Assembly: GCA_008632985.1 (NCBI GenBank)
Contig: QPGO01000104.1
Span: 124,001 to 188,000 of the forward strand
Direction of reading: 5' to 3'
DNA length: 64,000 nucleotides
DNA from: Psammoneis japonica
Lineage: Eukaryota
The position numbers were made by a program, and so were the translations under genes. This document shows, piece after piece, positions 63,215 through 64,000 of the stretch. Numbering within the stretch: position 1 is the first letter of the stretch; the number at the start of each line of letters is the position of its first letter. The notes beneath the pieces are model-generated. The model had not been told where the DNA came from, did not search any database, and saw only the letters and a list, made by a program, of their open reading frames with translations.

Positions 63215-64000
63215 ATGCGTGTTTCTGCCTGTGTTTTCTTTGGTGTTGCTAGTCTGCTCGATTGGCAGAATGGAGCCTTGGCGATTGCTAATCCTTCGGG
63301 AGAAGAAACAGTCGAAAAGGTGGCGGACTCGGAGCAAAAGTTTGTATTGAAGCCGGATGCGAGCCTTTTAGACTATCTAGACCCCTCCCTGTTTGAAGAT
63401 CCATCGGTTTTGAAAGAAATCAAGGAAACTCTTCGTAGAGGAAGCCTCGTTGCTATCAAGGATGCGTTTATTCCAGAGTTTGCAGAATATGCGTGGTCCT
63501 CTTTTAGTCGAGATGATCTCGAATGGGAGCCGTTTGTGTCTATCAAGCCCAATGGCCACAACTTTCTAAAACACAGACCGGTCTCGAAAGATAAAGAGGA
63601 GGTGTTTAAACAAGTTTCAGATGTTTTCAAACACAAGGAATCGAGGAAGTTCATGTCTTCTCTTTCAGGCAGAAATTGCCATTCCAGCAACATTTCTACC
63701 TTGTTGAGCTGGTACAAGCCGGGAGATCACAGTAACCCACACAGTGATCGACTGGGAAAAAGAACGGTGACTTTTCTTTGGCAGCTCTCCAAAGATTGGG
63801 ATCCAGCTTGGGGTGGTGCCTTTTATTGGAACAATGCATTCTTCCAAAACGCTTACCAGCACGCCTCGTTTAACACGCTCCTCCTGTTCCCTGTAACGGC
63901 CACATCAACCCATGCTGTCACCCCAGTCTTGCCTGCTTCGGAAGGTTACAAACGACTGACCTTTTGTGGTTGGTACAATGCCAAAATAACTCGAGACGAA
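63215..64000 (+). CDS. 2OG-Fe(II) oxygenase (prolyl-hydroxylase-like), runs off the window
   Basis: WYKPGDHSNPHSD, WDPAWGG, FNTLLLF, HAVTPV and RLTFCGWY motifs. Confidence 0.85.
   Translation, partial: MRVSACVFFGVASLLDWQNGALAIANPSGEETVEKVADSEQKFVLKPDASLLDYLDPSLFEDPSVLKEIKETLRRGSLVAIKDAFIPEFAEYAWSSFSRDDLEWEPFVSIKPNGHNFLKHRPVSKDKEEVFKQVSDVFKHKESRKFMSSLSGRNCHSSNISTLLSWYKPGDHSNPHSDRLGKRTVTFLWQLSKDWDPAWGGAFYWNNAFFQNAYQHASFNTLLLFPVTATSTHAVTPVLPASEGYKRLTFCGWYNAKITRDE

Overview
Eukaryotic nuclear DNA, most likely from a pennate diatom. The evidence is GT-AG introns, signal peptide + 'AF' plastid-targeting presequences and a KSSK/RXL silica-wall-type protein. Ordinary gene-dense stretches hold SufE-BolA, a PH-domain protein, an M8 metalloprotease, signal-peptide peptidase, an alpha/beta hydrolase, HisRS, TVP38/DedA, a CBM6 protein and a 2OG-Fe(II) oxygenase. 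These alternate with five sharply bounded domains (~1-12400, ~20950-22900, ~25100-34750, ~38280-39650, ~56760-61130) of transposon and duplicate DNA that have lost almost every TpA dinucleotide. Internal duplications give 'before' and 'after' copies of the same DNA: TpA was converted to TpG or CpA (A:T->G:C transitions), often in same-strand runs and partly independently of CpG decay. Intact host duplicates outside the domains are untouched. This looks like a region-targeted, RIP-like hypermutation system of opposite polarity to fungal RIP, and it is the main finding. A base-modification-driven basecalling artefact must still be excluded. The first domain holds a Plavaka-like DNA transposon. 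It carries a cargo gene with a possible HxDxxN (TET/JBP-like) motif and a possible aG/PT-pyrophosphorylase-like C-terminal region, a speculative link to DNA base modification. Several conserved genes carry single-base frameshifts that are probably assembly indel errors. All family calls come from motif recognition by eye; no searches were run.
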